DNA from: Bdellovibrionota bacterium
GTDB lineage: Bacteria; Bdellovibrionota_C; UBA2361; JBGSMV01
Direction of reading: 5' to 3'
DNA length: 22,161 nt
NCBI GenBank assembly: GCA_044356455.1
Contig: JBIKWF010000069.1
Location: 1-22,161, forward strand
Part shown: piece after piece, positions 1 through 9,710 of the stretch
Layout of the letters: every line of letters begins with the position of its first letter
Numbering within the stretch: the first letter of the stretch is position 1
The notes under the pieces: generated by a model
Database searches by the model: none
Told to the model about the DNA's origin: nothing
Seen by the model: the letters and a program-made list of their open reading frames with translations, nothing else
Translations under genes and position numbers: made by a program

Positions 1-236
1 GAATAGTATCGATTCTTTGTTCTGCGCATAAAATTCAGACGGTTAGGCGTTCTATTGTAGCATTTGTGAATAGAAAGACGAATGATATTTTTGATGATTC
101 AGACCTAGTATGCTCTCTCGGAACGGCTAGGACTTCCCGTCAGATGTAGAGGATGGGGGAGGTCAAGTTTGGCAAATAATTGATCTTTGCCTCTTTCGGG
201 GTTGTAAGAAATTCCCACGAGGAGATTGCTATCCTC

Positions 237-1289
237 TTATGGCGCCACCCATGGAGCGAATCGCAGATCAAACGCCGCCTGCCGATCCTTCCACCCCTGA
301 AACCCGAAAGCCGGGTCCGCTGGTGCGTGAGCGAGCGAGTCCGCAACACAGCTGCCGTCGCCCCTCTTTCCTGCATCGGCGCAGGATCTCGCTGCTTGTA
401 AGAGCTGTTTGGTATGCAAGTAGCCGAGCATCATTGCCCCTGGATTTTCGTTGCTATCAGAAAAGCCTTCCGCAGTGATGCGTTGTAAGAACGCGGTAGG
501 CGCCTGTGGCAGGGAGAACGAGTATGCCCGGAGTGCGCCCTCGGGATATTCTGCCATGACCTTGGGATCCATGGCGTCGTGGTTCGCCGCAACAAATGGT
601 TGGAAGCGTATTTCCGCCATTGCCTTTAACATTCGCGAAAAATCAGGAATAAAAGCTGGGTTAATCACGCAGTCGGCGCCCTGTTTCTTTAGGGCGAGGA
701 TCTGAGTACGGAGGTCATCGCCGGTGCTATACTCAACCACAATCGGATTCTCGAAGACTTGTTTCATTCCTTGCAAGCACAGCTCTCCGAACTCATTTAT
801 CGATTTTAGGAGTGCGGGGGACTTCACCCCCTTCTTCTTAAACTCCGAGGCCGTCATGCTGCATGCCTCAATGTAATTCATGTAGGTCTTATAAACGCTG
901 CCTCCCATAGTGAGTGGGGAGGCTGCCGCGGCTGAATACAACAAGAGGACGTTACGTTGAACGAGGACTGGCGCTATCGCTACCGTGGTGGGAGTAAATT
1001 CGGAAAACACTGCTTCGACTTTGTCCGTCGTCAAGGCTTTCATGACCTCGCTCACCGCAGATTTCGCTTGCAGCTGAGTATCTCCGAAAACGATATCAAC
1101 ATCTTGGCCTGCTGCGTGAAGCTCCTTGAGCGCGAGGCGGGCACCCGCTTGAGTTTGCTTGCCCCAGCTCGCCATTGGGCCAGAGAGATCCGTCAGGATC
1201 GCAATTTTTGAAGTCTCGGCACGTGCGGAGATAGCAGGAAGGCTGGTAATCGAGAGGATGATTAAAACGATCCATTTGCCTATGTGCAT
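237..1289 (-). CDS. ABC transporter substrate-binding protein, type-1 periplasmic binding fold (LivJ/Leu-Ile-Val-binding-like), standalone
   Basis: 350 aa with an N-terminal signal peptide (MHIGKWIVLIILSITSLPAISARA), then KIAILTDLSGPMASWG...GARLA...IVFGDTQ, typical of the PBP1 branched-chain amino acid binding family. No permease or ATPase genes are adjacent in the window. Confidence 0.8.
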   Translation of the reverse strand: MHIGKWIVLIILSITSLPAISARAETSKIAILTDLSGPMASWGKQTQAGARLALKELHAAGQDVDIVFGDTQLQAKSAVSEVMKALTTDKVEAVFSEFTPTTVAIAPVLVQRNVLLLYSAAAASPLTMGGSVYKTYMNYIEACSMTASEFKKKGVKSPALLKSINEFGELCLQGMKQVFENPIVVEYSTGDDLRTQILALKKQGADCVINPAFIPDFSRMLKAMAEIRFQPFVAANHDAMDPKVMAEYPEGALRAYSFSLPQAPTAFLQRITAEGFSDSNENPGAMMLGYLHTKQLLQAARSCADAGKRGDGSCVADSLAHAPADPAFGFQGWKDRQAAFDLRFAPWVAP

Positions 1290-1498
1290 GTACTCTTCTC
1301 TCCAGAAAATTGTGCAGCCGAGAATTTCAGAGGCAATACCACGGCCCTCCCGTATCTGGAAGGCATATCACAGGTATCCTCCGAGGTACTGGCTTCGTGT
1401 TTCGTCTTAGCTGGAAGTTCGCGAGGGCTTGCCCGCGGTTTTTGCAATATGTTGCGCCCGGTCGTATCTGGCAGGCGAAGGTGGGGAGACAGTTATTT

Positions 1499-2079
1499 CG
1501 GCACCGCGGGGACGCGGCGCCCTACCTAGATGCTGCGTCAATTGGTAGGGCGCGCCGTCCCCGGCGTGCCGCATCAAATGCGGCGGGGCTACCCTTCCTG
1601 CTCGTGGTGGTGATTTTGCAATCAGCAATGTGGCAAAAACCCGCCACGTGCCGGGGGCGAGGGATCGTGCGGCACGCCGGGGACGGCGCGCCCTACCAAG
1701 ATGCCTCAATTGGTAGGGCGCCGCGTGCCGGCGTACCGCATCAAATGCGGCGCGGCTGCGCTACTTGCTCGTGTGGTGATCTTGCAATCAGTAAAGTGAC
1801 AAAGAACCGGCCACGTGCGAAGGCGAGGGATCGTGCAGCGCCCTAGGGACAGGACGCCCTACCAAGATGCTGCGCCAATTGGTAGGGCGCGCCGTCCCCG
1901 GCGTGCCGAATCAAATGCGGCGGGTCTGCCCTTCCTGCTCGTGGTGGTGATTTTGCAATCAGCAATGTGGCAAAAACCCGCCACGTGTCGGGGGCGAGGG
2001 ATCGTGCGGCACGCCGGGGACGGCGCGCCCTACCAAATGACGCGGCATCTTGGTAGGGCGCCGCGTCCCCGCGGTGCCG
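1499..2079. repeat. BIME-like array of 8 GTAG-family REP sequences
   Basis: GGTAG-GGCGCGCCG-TCCC-CGGCGTGCCG-type units in alternating orientation: 1499-1526(-), 1544-1571(+), 1670-1697(-), 1712-1738(+, degenerate), ~1836-1863(-, degenerate), 1881-1908(+), 2007-2034(-), 2052-2079(+). Period is ~168-171 bp; 1544-1697 and 1881-2034 are near-identical. Confidence 0.9.
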
Positions 2080-2093
2080 CACGATTTCGCAGG

Positions 2094-4073
2094 CTACCGA
2101 GAGGCAAGTAGATTCGGCTCAATATCAATCTTCGCCTGAGCTTTGCGCTCATTGAGAAGCGAAGTGAGAACCAATCGGGCGAGTTCCTGACTTTCTCTCT
2201 CCCGGGCTTCGATCACTTCTTTTTGGATATCCGTGACCGTGGGCGTTTCAAGCTTCGTCACTTGGAAGACGTAATAAGTTCCGTCTTTCGTGATGACGCG
2301 GGAAGGCGCAGCCATGGCGGTTTGGGCGCTAAAGAGCTCGCTTCTTAATTCCCCTTGATTAAAGGGGGCTGCGGGCTGAGCGCGTGAGAGACTTGCAAGG
2401 CTTTCAAGCTTTTGCCCGGCCGAGGCTGCTGCCGACTTAAGGTCTTTGTATTTTCCGGCCTTCATCTCATCAACAATGGACTGCGCCATTGCTTTTGCTT
2501 GATTGCCGGCTTCGCGGCGCTTAAGGAGCGCTACAATCCTCTCTTTCACTGAATCAAGCGGCTGCACTTCTGGCTCTTTCGACTGAGCTACTTCAACGAG
2601 CACAAACTTATCTCCAAGGTCGACAAGCTGTTGCTTCTCGTCAACTTGATCGAGTACCCGCTCGGTGAGGCCTACGAGTCCTGTTGGGTCGATGCTCTTG
2701 TCTTGGAGTCCTGCAGCAGGCACCGCGACGAGGGCGCGCGACGCCAGGTCACCTATGGTCACAAAGTCGCTGAGCGGCTTTGAGGCGGCCTTCCATGCAT
2801 CAAGCAGTTCGGCAGATTTCGCTGCGGTAAAGGCTGGGGCTTCGCGCTTCCTGATAATAGTTTCGATTTCAGGACGAACCTCCGCAAGTTCCTTCGCCTT
2901 TTCGGGGGTGATGGTATCGACAGAGAAAATGCGGATGCTTGCACCCTCAACCAGCGACTCGCTCGATTTTCCGGCTTCAAGTGCAAAAACAGCCTTAGCT
3001 GCCTCTTCCCCAAACTTGGTTACAAGTTCTGCGCGGGTGAAGGTTCCAATTTCGCCGCCTTTAGCTGCGGATGCGTCTTTCGAATTAGCCTTTGCGAGGT
3101 CCGCAAATACTCCACCACTCTTAAGAGAGGCAACAAGTCCCTCTGCCTGCTTTTTAAGTTCATCGGAGGGGGCTTTGGGCGCCTCTTCTTTTGCGGCTGC
3201 CTTCTTGTCGCCCTTGGCGCTTGTCTTCTTGGCGGCGGCGACATTTTCCTTGAGTTCAATCATTCGCACGCTGCGCTTTTCTGGCAGCATGTATTCTGAT
3301 TGATGGTCGGTATAATAAATCTCAACGTCGTCAGGGAATACCTCAACAATATCAAGGAACTTGTCGGGGCTAAGCACGGCATAAGAGTAGGACACGCGCG
3401 CGGGGATCTCAAAATCGCTAGCGTTGTCGTCGTAGTGCTGTTTGATCGCTTCTTCTGAGGGGTCTTTGATCTCGCCTAGAAAATTATCTGGGGTAAGCGC
3501 GAGGTAATCTACGGAAGCGGTGGTCTTTTGTTGTAGCACGGCAGCCGCTGTTTCTTTTTCAGAAGAAATCGAGGCGTCACGTACCGCTTGCTCGAGCTGG
3601 GACCTGACGAGGTCTTTGGAGAGGCGGGACTCAAATTCCTGGGCCGTCATGTTCATCTCGCGAAGCAACATGCGATACTGATCGGCTGGGTTTGGCGAGC
3701 CCGCGAGTTCTTTCTCAAGTTGTGCTCGCACAGAATTTTTACCGGCACCGAACCCGAGTGCGCGAGCTTCCTTGTCCATGATGGCCGATTGCACGGCGCG
3801 GTCTACGGCTTGCTGCTGGATACTGAGGCCCGCGGACTCAAGGACTTTGTGATAGTTAAAGCCAAACTGGGCGCGGTACAGCCGGTCGAGCTCTTGGCGC
3901 TCGTTATTGACGTCTTCGTAAGTGAGTTCGGAATCATCTATGCGAATCGCCGCGGCTGAGTTGCGTTGGGGCGCCATCCACTGGTAAGCAAAACCACTCA
4001 TCGCCAGGGCGATGGAAGCAACACAAAGAAATGCCAAGAAGAAGATTCGAAATCTATGTAATGTCCGTAGCAT
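2094..4073 (-). CDS. ppiD: PpiD-like membrane-anchored periplasmic folding chaperone (SurA N-terminal plus parvulin domain)
   Basis: 659 aa with an N-terminal membrane anchor, a SurA_N-like helical region and the parvulin motif FADLAKANSKDASAAKGGEIGTF. Size and layout are typical of PpiD. Confidence 0.8.
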   Translation of the reverse strand: MLRTLHRFRIFFLAFLCVASIALAMSGFAYQWMAPQRNSAAAIRIDDSELTYEDVNNERQELDRLYRAQFGFNYHKVLESAGLSIQQQAVDRAVQSAIMDKEARALGFGAGKNSVRAQLEKELAGSPNPADQYRMLLREMNMTAQEFESRLSKDLVRSQLEQAVRDASISSEKETAAAVLQQKTTASVDYLALTPDNFLGEIKDPSEEAIKQHYDDNASDFEIPARVSYSYAVLSPDKFLDIVEVFPDDVEIYYTDHQSEYMLPEKRSVRMIELKENVAAAKKTSAKGDKKAAAKEEAPKAPSDELKKQAEGLVASLKSGGVFADLAKANSKDASAAKGGEIGTFTRAELVTKFGEEAAKAVFALEAGKSSESLVEGASIRIFSVDTITPEKAKELAEVRPEIETIIRKREAPAFTAAKSAELLDAWKAASKPLSDFVTIGDLASRALVAVPAAGLQDKSIDPTGLVGLTERVLDQVDEKQQLVDLGDKFVLVEVAQSKEPEVQPLDSVKERIVALLKRREAGNQAKAMAQSIVDEMKAGKYKDLKSAAASAGQKLESLASLSRAQPAAPFNQGELRSELFSAQTAMAAPSRVITKDGTYYVFQVTKLETPTVTDIQKEVIEARERESQELARLVLTSLLNERKAQAKIDIEPNLLASR

Positions 4074-4461
4074 TGGTGCAATTTCCGAAATACATATCGC
4101 GGGCGCTCCGTCCCTCCGGCGTATCCGGAGGGGAAGGGTAGTATGCCCATCCTACTTGTGTTCTGACCTGCTCAAGTGCCGTGTGGCAGTCTTGGGCCTG
4201 AGAGGGGCTCGTTAAGATACAGATGAGCGAGGGTTCATCCCCCCGCGCCCCTTCCTCGCCCAGTGGCGTTTCCTTTCGCGGTTTTTCCTCCCGCCCTGGA
4301 ATTGATGCGCTTAGCGTACGCACCATACCAAGTCCCTCATAGAGCTCAAAGTAGCCCTGCAACAGTACCACCCCCCGGCGCGGGACCTCAAGGTAAATGA
4401 CCGTGGTGCTCTCGTCGAGGTGTTCGGTGGCCTGACGTGAGGTAGTCTCGCTTCCTGTCAT
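4054..4461 (-). CDS. DUF4911-like small protein
   Basis: IYLEVPRRGVVLLQGYFELYEGLGMVRTL resembles the DUF4911 core. It overlaps the ppiD start by 20 nt. Start codon uncertain. Confidence 0.6.
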   Translation of the reverse strand: MTGSETTSRQATEHLDESTTVIYLEVPRRGVVLLQGYFELYEGLGMVRTLSASIPGREEKPRKETPLGEEGARGDEPSLICILTSPSQAQDCHTALEQVRTQVGWAYYPSPPDTPEGRSARDMYFGNCTNATDIT

Positions 4462-4471
4462 AGTCGTTCTT

Positions 4472-4591
4472 GGTAGGGCGCGCGGTCCCCCGCGTGCCGA
4501 ATATTCATGCCGGCTGTCCGCCAGGGTGCCGGGACATTGTTTATTTCTTCATTTTATTTTTTTCGGCACGCGGGGGACCGCGCGCCCTACC
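4472..4591. repeat. Inverted REP pair (GTAG ends outward)
   Basis: GGTAGGGCGCGCGGTCCCCCGCGTGCCGAA at 4472-4501 and its reverse complement at 4562-4591, downstream of gatB. Confidence 0.9.
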
Positions 4592-4615
4592 ACAGCGTGT
4601 CCCGCCACAGGGCTC

Positions 4616-6058
4616 CTATTTGCCTCGTAACCGCGTAACCTCGGCAGTAATGAGTTCATTAACTTTCTTCGGGTTCGCGCTGCCCTTCGATAGCTTCATG
4701 GTTTGTCCGACAAAAAAGGCGTGCAGTCTGTCGTTCCCGCCGATGAACTCTGTCGCTTGCGTCTTATTCTGCTCAAAGACCTGACGAATAATACCGAGGA
4801 TGGCGCCATCGTCAGTTACTTGCTGAAGTCCTTTCGCTTCTACTATCGCCCTCGGGGATTGGCTCGTAGCGAACATTTCTTCAAACACTGACTTTGCCAT
4901 CTTGCCGCTGATGGTATCGCCTTCAACAAGCATGATGAGCTCGCCGAGGTGCTGGGCCGATACCGGCGAGTTCGTAATGTCGAGGCTTTGCTTATTGAGC
5001 GCGCCAAAGAGCTCCGAAGTCACCCAGTTGCACGCAGCTTTGGCGTTGTTGCAGACCTTAAATACTGCTTCAAAATAATCGGCGCACGCACGTTCCGCAG
5101 TTAGGATTGCGGCGTCGTAGGTGCTAAGTCCGTAAACTTCGCAAAGCTCCTTGAGACGCTGCTCGGGGAGCTTGGGAAGTTTGGAGCGAATTTCTTCTAC
5201 CCAGCTTTCAGCTATCACAAGCGGCGGGAGATCGGGGTCAGGGAAATATCGGTAATCAGCGGATTCTTCCTTGGAGCGCATGGGGCGCGTAACGCCTTGA
5301 GCGCTATCGAAGAGGAGCGTCTCTTGCTGCACTTCCTTGCCGCTCTTGAGGACCGCCATCTGGCGCACAATCTCGTACTCAAGCGCTCTTTCGACGAATT
5401 TAAAGGAGTTGATGTTCTTAATTTCGGTGCGGGTACCAAATTTAAGAGTCCCTACAGGGCGCAAAGAAATGTTGGCGTCGCAGCGCAAGCTTCCTTCTTC
5501 CATGTTCCCGTCGCTCACGCCTAAAAAACGCGCGATTTGGCGCACGGATTTAAGGTAGGCACTGGCTTCAGCGGGAGAGCGGATATCGGGCTCGGAGACG
5601 ATTTCAAGCAAAGGCACCCCGGCGCGGTTGAGGTCGACAAGGGAAGAGTGTGTGCGGGTGTCGTGGATGTTCTTGCCTGCGTCCTCTTCCATATGAATGC
5701 GCTTGATGCCGATAGTTCTTACGGCGTCCCCAATGTGCACTTTTATGTGCCCACGTTCGCAAATAGGCTCGTCGAACTGAGAAATCTGATAGCCCTTAGG
5801 AAGGTCAGGGTAAAAATAGTGCTTACGCGCAAAGCGATTAAACTGCCGAATTTCACAGTTCATTGCGAGGCCCATCATGACCGCAAACTCAGCAACGCGC
5901 CGATTGAGCACGGGAAGGCTGCCGGGAAGTCCGAGGGTGAGAGGGTCAATAAACTCGTTCGGGCTTGCACCAAAATCTGCGGAAGCGCCGCAGAAGATTT
6001 TAGTTTTTGTTTGGAGCTGGAGGTGCACCTCAAGTCCCATGACTGCTTCAAATTCCAT
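4616..6058 (-). CDS. gatB: Asp-tRNA(Asn)/Glu-tRNA(Gln) amidotransferase subunit B
   Basis: GLEVHLQL, RKHYFYPDLPKGYQISQ, HMEEDAGK, NRAGVPLLEIVSEPD, YRYFPDPDLPP motifs. Confidence 0.98.
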   Translation of the reverse strand: MEFEAVMGLEVHLQLQTKTKIFCGASADFGASPNEFIDPLTLGLPGSLPVLNRRVAEFAVMMGLAMNCEIRQFNRFARKHYFYPDLPKGYQISQFDEPICERGHIKVHIGDAVRTIGIKRIHMEEDAGKNIHDTRTHSSLVDLNRAGVPLLEIVSEPDIRSPAEASAYLKSVRQIARFLGVSDGNMEEGSLRCDANISLRPVGTLKFGTRTEIKNINSFKFVERALEYEIVRQMAVLKSGKEVQQETLLFDSAQGVTRPMRSKEESADYRYFPDPDLPPLVIAESWVEEIRSKLPKLPEQRLKELCEVYGLSTYDAAILTAERACADYFEAVFKVCNNAKAACNWVTSELFGALNKQSLDITNSPVSAQHLGELIMLVEGDTISGKMAKSVFEEMFATSQSPRAIVEAKGLQQVTDDGAILGIIRQVFEQNKTQATEFIGGNDRLHAFFVGQTMKLSKGSANPKKVNELITAEVTRLRGK

Positions 6059-6162
6059 GTCTTACTCCCTTTCTCGTTCTCGCCCTTCGAAGCTCTTGCT
6101 TGGGCGTCTCGTCTCTCGCGGTTTCTTTCTTACTCTGTGCGCATGACTGTGGGCGCTCGCGT

Positions 6163-7620
6163 TTAGGCCTGGGGGCGCTTTTTGTGCCAGTCCGTAGCTG
6201 CCTCGTACGCGCCTGCTACCCTAAAAAGCGTTTCCTCGTCCCAGGGTTTGCCTATCAGCTGAAGTCCTACCGGAAGGCCCTTGCTGTCCATTCCGCAAGG
6301 GATGCTCATTCCGGGAAGTCCTGCCAAGTTGACCGGTATCGTGAACACATCGCTTAAATACATCGCGATGGGGTCGTTGGTTTTTTCGCCAATCTTAAAG
6401 GCGGTGGTTGGCGCTACTGGCGAGGCAATGACATCACACTGCGTAAAGGCATTGGTGAAGTCGCGCGCTACGAGAGTGCGCACTTTCTGAGCTCTTAAAT
6501 AATAGGCGTCGTAGTAGCCTGTGGAGAGCACGAAGGCCCCCACCATGATGCGGCGCTTTACTTCTTTGCCGAAGCCTTCTGAGCGCGAGCGGTAGTAAAG
6601 ATCTTTTAGGTCCTTTGCGTCCGGTACTCGGTAGCCGTAACGAATGCCGTCGAAGCGAGCGAGGTTTGATGAGGCCTCGGCGGGGGCAAGCACATAATAA
6701 ACCGCAAGGGAGTGTTCCGTGTGGGGAAGTGAGACTGGGACTACGGTAGCTCCTAGTTTTTCAATCTCCTTTACTGCTGTCCGAACGGCACTTTCCACTT
6801 CTGCGTCGAGGCCCTTAATAAAATACTCTTTGGGGACGCCGATCCTAAGTCCCTTCACGCCCTTGGTGAGCGCTGCCGTGCAAGAGGGCAGGGGCTGAGA
6901 AACTGAAGTGGAGTCGAGGGGGTCGTGTCCGGAAATTACTTCGGTGAGACTTGCAAGATCGGAAGCGCTTCTTGCGAACGTGCCGACTTGGTCAAGCGAG
7001 GACGCGAAGGCAACAATTCCATAACGACTTACGCGGCCGTAGGTGGGCTTTAGCCCGTACACTCCGCAAAGACTCGCAGGCTGGCGCACGGAGCCACCTG
7101 TGTCGGTTCCGAGAGCGCCGGGCGCAAGTCCAGCCAAAGTTGCTGCCGCAGAGCCGCCGCTTGATCCGCCGGGAACGCGGGAGTTGTCCCAGGGATTCTT
7201 TACAGTACCAAGGAACGAGGTCTCGTTGGAGGAGCCCATCGCGAACTCGTCCATGTTGGTTTTGCCAAGTATTACGGCGCCATTCGACTTAAGTTTCGCC
7301 GTGACCGTGGCGTCATAGGGCGATACGAAGTTGTTCAAGATTTTGCTGCCGCAAGTAGTCTTGGTTCCTACTGCAAGGATGTTGTCCTTGAGCGCAATGG
7401 GAACGCCAAGCAAGGGAGTTTTTTCGCCCCGCGCAAGTTTCTCGTCAGCCGTCTTGGCTTGCCCGAGAGCAAGATCCACCGAAACTTCGGCAAAAGTGTT
7501 TAAGCCTTTTTTTGCTTCGATGGATTCGAGCAGCGCCTTAGTTATCTCGACCGAAGAAGTTTCGCGCTTATCGAGGGCCGCTCGTAGCTCGCCTATTCCT
7601 AATTGGGAAAGATGTGTCAT
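6163..7620 (-). CDS. gatA: Asp-tRNA(Asn)/Glu-tRNA(Gln) amidotransferase subunit A
   Basis: Amidase signature GKTNMDEFAMGSS, PGGSSGGSAAA, GTDTGGSVRQPA. ATG at 7620 (MTHLSQ) is preferred over the ORF-track start that overlaps gatC. Confidence 0.97.
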   Translation of the reverse strand: MTHLSQLGIGELRAALDKRETSSVEITKALLESIEAKKGLNTFAEVSVDLALGQAKTADEKLARGEKTPLLGVPIALKDNILAVGTKTTCGSKILNNFVSPYDATVTAKLKSNGAVILGKTNMDEFAMGSSNETSFLGTVKNPWDNSRVPGGSSGGSAAATLAGLAPGALGTDTGGSVRQPASLCGVYGLKPTYGRVSRYGIVAFASSLDQVGTFARSASDLASLTEVISGHDPLDSTSVSQPLPSCTAALTKGVKGLRIGVPKEYFIKGLDAEVESAVRTAVKEIEKLGATVVPVSLPHTEHSLAVYYVLAPAEASSNLARFDGIRYGYRVPDAKDLKDLYYRSRSEGFGKEVKRRIMVGAFVLSTGYYDAYYLRAQKVRTLVARDFTNAFTQCDVIASPVAPTTAFKIGEKTNDPIAMYLSDVFTIPVNLAGLPGMSIPCGMDSKGLPVGLQLIGKPWDEETLFRVAGAYEAATDWHKKRPQA

Positions 7621-7633
7621 GGGTACTACTCTT

Positions 7634-7918
7634 TTACTCAACAATGAGGGGAACTCGAATGAAGCGCCCAGAGTGATCTGGCACGTTCTTCATCATGTCA
7701 TCGATGGAAAGCCCTGCCGCTGGGGTGTCGGCACGAAAAACGTTGGTTGAGCCATGCACATGACTCATCGGCTCGACGGCTGAGACGTCAACGGATTTGA
7801 GTTGATCTACGTGCCCAATAATCGCACTAAGCTTTTGGATAAGCTCAGCTTCTTCCTCTGGGTTGATTTGTAGATGAGCAAGCTTACCAAGCTTCTTTAT
7901 GTCGTCAGATGAAACCAT
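7634..7918 (-). CDS. gatC: Asp-tRNA(Asn)/Glu-tRNA(Gln) amidotransferase subunit C
   Basis: 94 aa with LAHL, VDVSAVEPMSH, NVFRAD and FIRVP motifs. It lies directly upstream of gatA and has a GGAG SD. Confidence 0.95.
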   Translation of the reverse strand: MVSSDDIKKLGKLAHLQINPEEEAELIQKLSAIIGHVDQLKSVDVSAVEPMSHVHGSTNVFRADTPAAGLSIDDMMKNVPDHSGRFIRVPLIVE

Positions 7919-8000
7919 GTCAGACTCCCTACAATACGCGTGCTCTTTAAATGACCCTGCCCAGCGGCATGCTTATCTCAATCAAATAGAGTATCCTCTC

Positions 8001-8062
8001 CCTTAGTGGTCTCTGTGGTCTTAGTGGTTGTTTTTTCAATAAGACCACAGAGGCCACTAAGG
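8001..8062. repeat. 9-mer-based palindromic repeat (ACCAC[AT][GA]AG family), copy A
   Basis: CCTTAGTGGTCTCTGTGGTCTTA (8001-8023) / TAAGACCACAGAGGCCACTAAGG (8040-8062), in the divergent gatC-sthA gap. Confidence 0.85.
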
Positions 8063-8276
8063 AATGGGATAGGCACCCTCAATCCGAGCTATATGAACCA
8101 CGAATTTGATGCTTTTAATAGTCACGACGCAGGGTTGCGGCACTCTTTTCGTAAGTGGTTCTTGATTGACAGCCCCGCGACCGTTTAGACTCGCTTTCTC
8201 CGAAAAACTTTCACTGAGATCGGAATCTTAACCCCTAGAGTCGGACACAGAATCTTAAGCCCGGCAATTGTAGTGT

Positions 8277-9704
8277 ATGGCAGATAGCAAACGCAGTTCT
8301 AAAAACGGCACTTCCGCCTTCGACTATGACCTTTTGGTCATAGGCTGTGGGCCTGCGGGTCAACGGGCGGCCGTTCAAGCCGCCAAGATCAGAAAGCGGG
8401 TTGGGATTGTCGACAAGCGCGAGGTAGTCGGCGGAGTCTGCGTAAACTCAGGCACTATTCCTAGCAAGTCTTTTAAAGAGGCGGTGGTCTTTCTCTCGGG
8501 GTTTCGCCAGCGCAGCATCTATGGCGCGGGGTACCGGGTTAAATCTGAAATCTCGATGTCTGATCTCACGTTTCGCTGCAATCGCATCATGCAGACTGAG
8601 ATCGACGTAATCCGTGCTCAGCTCACTCGCAACCACATCGATGTGCTGGCGGGGCATGCCCGTTTTGTTGATGAGCATAAGGTTGAGATTTCTTCTGCAA
8701 GTGGCGAAGTCATCACGAAGACTGCGGATAAATTTGTGATTGCCGCGGGAGCCAAGCCCTACCGCCCCCAGAATATTGAGTTCAATGGGGAGACCATCTT
8801 CGACAGTGACGATATTCTTTCCATGCGTGAACTTCCGCGCGATCTGACCGTCGTAGGCGGTGGAGTCATCGGAACTGAGTACGGCTCAATGTTTGCGGCC
8901 CTTGGGGTGCATGTAACCATTGTTGACGCGCGCAAAAGATTGCTTGGGTTCTGCGATGAAGAAATCATTGAGTGTTTGCAGTACCAGATGCGCGGCATGG
9001 GGGTCACGCTCAGGCTTGGGGAAGAGGTAAAGAGTTGCCGGCGCCGAGAGAACGGGCAGGTGGTCACTGAACTCAAGAGCGGGAAAGTGATTGTTTCGGA
9101 CTGCGTACTCTACTCGGCGGGCCGCCATAGTGCGACAGACGATCTCGGGTTGGGATCCCTTGGGGTTAAGACCGATGATCGAGGGCGTATCCAAGTTAAC
9201 GAAAATTATCAAACCAGCGTTGCTTCCGTTTACGCAGCGGGAGATGTAATCGGATTTCCTGCGCTTGCATCGACTTCCGCGATGCAGGGACGTCGGGCGA
9301 GTTGCAACGCCTTTGGCATTGAAGAAGATAGAATGGATGTGCCGCTTCCTTACGGCATTTATTCAATCCCCGAGATTTCTTATGTGGGTATGAGCGAAGA
9401 GGAGCTCACCAATGCGGGCGTACCTTACGAAACGGGAATTGCGCGTTACCGTGAAATTGCTCGTGGACACATCCTTGGCGATGAAAATGGAATGTTAAAG
9501 ATGCTCTTCCACCGGGAAACCAAGCAACTTCTTGGTGTTCATATTATTGGAGAGTATGCGACCGAGCTCATTCATACGGGACAAGCCGTCATGGCCCTTA
9601 AAGGAGGCCTTCGCTACTTTATGGATGCCGTATTCAACTACCCAACTCTTGCTGAGTGCTACAAGGTAGCAGCTTACGACGGCTATAATAAGCTTACCGC
9701 CTAA
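8277..9704 (+). CDS. sthA: Soluble (Si-specific) NAD(P)(+) transhydrogenase
   Basis: GCGPAG FAD motif. GGVCVNSGTIPSK has a single Cys, unlike dihydrolipoamide dehydrogenase. VGGGVIGTEY and the C-terminal FNYPTLAECYKVAA are characteristic of SthA. Confidence 0.93.
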   Translation: MADSKRSSKNGTSAFDYDLLVIGCGPAGQRAAVQAAKIRKRVGIVDKREVVGGVCVNSGTIPSKSFKEAVVFLSGFRQRSIYGAGYRVKSEISMSDLTFRCNRIMQTEIDVIRAQLTRNHIDVLAGHARFVDEHKVEISSASGEVITKTADKFVIAAGAKPYRPQNIEFNGETIFDSDDILSMRELPRDLTVVGGGVIGTEYGSMFAALGVHVTIVDARKRLLGFCDEEIIECLQYQMRGMGVTLRLGEEVKSCRRRENGQVVTELKSGKVIVSDCVLYSAGRHSATDDLGLGSLGVKTDDRGRIQVNENYQTSVASVYAAGDVIGFPALASTSAMQGRRASCNAFGIEEDRMDVPLPYGIYSIPEISYVGMSEEELTNAGVPYETGIARYREIARGHILGDENGMLKMLFHRETKQLLGVHIIGEYATELIHTGQAVMALKGGLRYFMDAVFNYPTLAECYKVAAYDGYNKLTA

Positions 9705-9710
9705 TAGGGC

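Noticed and set aside
1499..2079. CRISPR array
   Set aside because: Repeats alternate in orientation, linkers repeat each other instead of being unique, there are no cas genes, and the GTAG-REP signature is present.
1310..2111. ORFs 1310-1846, 1407-1709, 1815-2111 and 1843-2082
   Set aside because: Read-throughs of GC-rich REP repeats with no protein-like features.
2665..7750. Long plus-strand ORFs such as 2665-3303, 5537-6166 and 7331-7750
   Set aside because: Antisense shadows of ppiD and gatCAB.
8162..8191. Sigma-70 promoter for sthA
   Set aside because: The perfect TTGACA is only 14 nt from TAGACT, and the alternative TTGATT with an 18-nt spacer is too weak to call.
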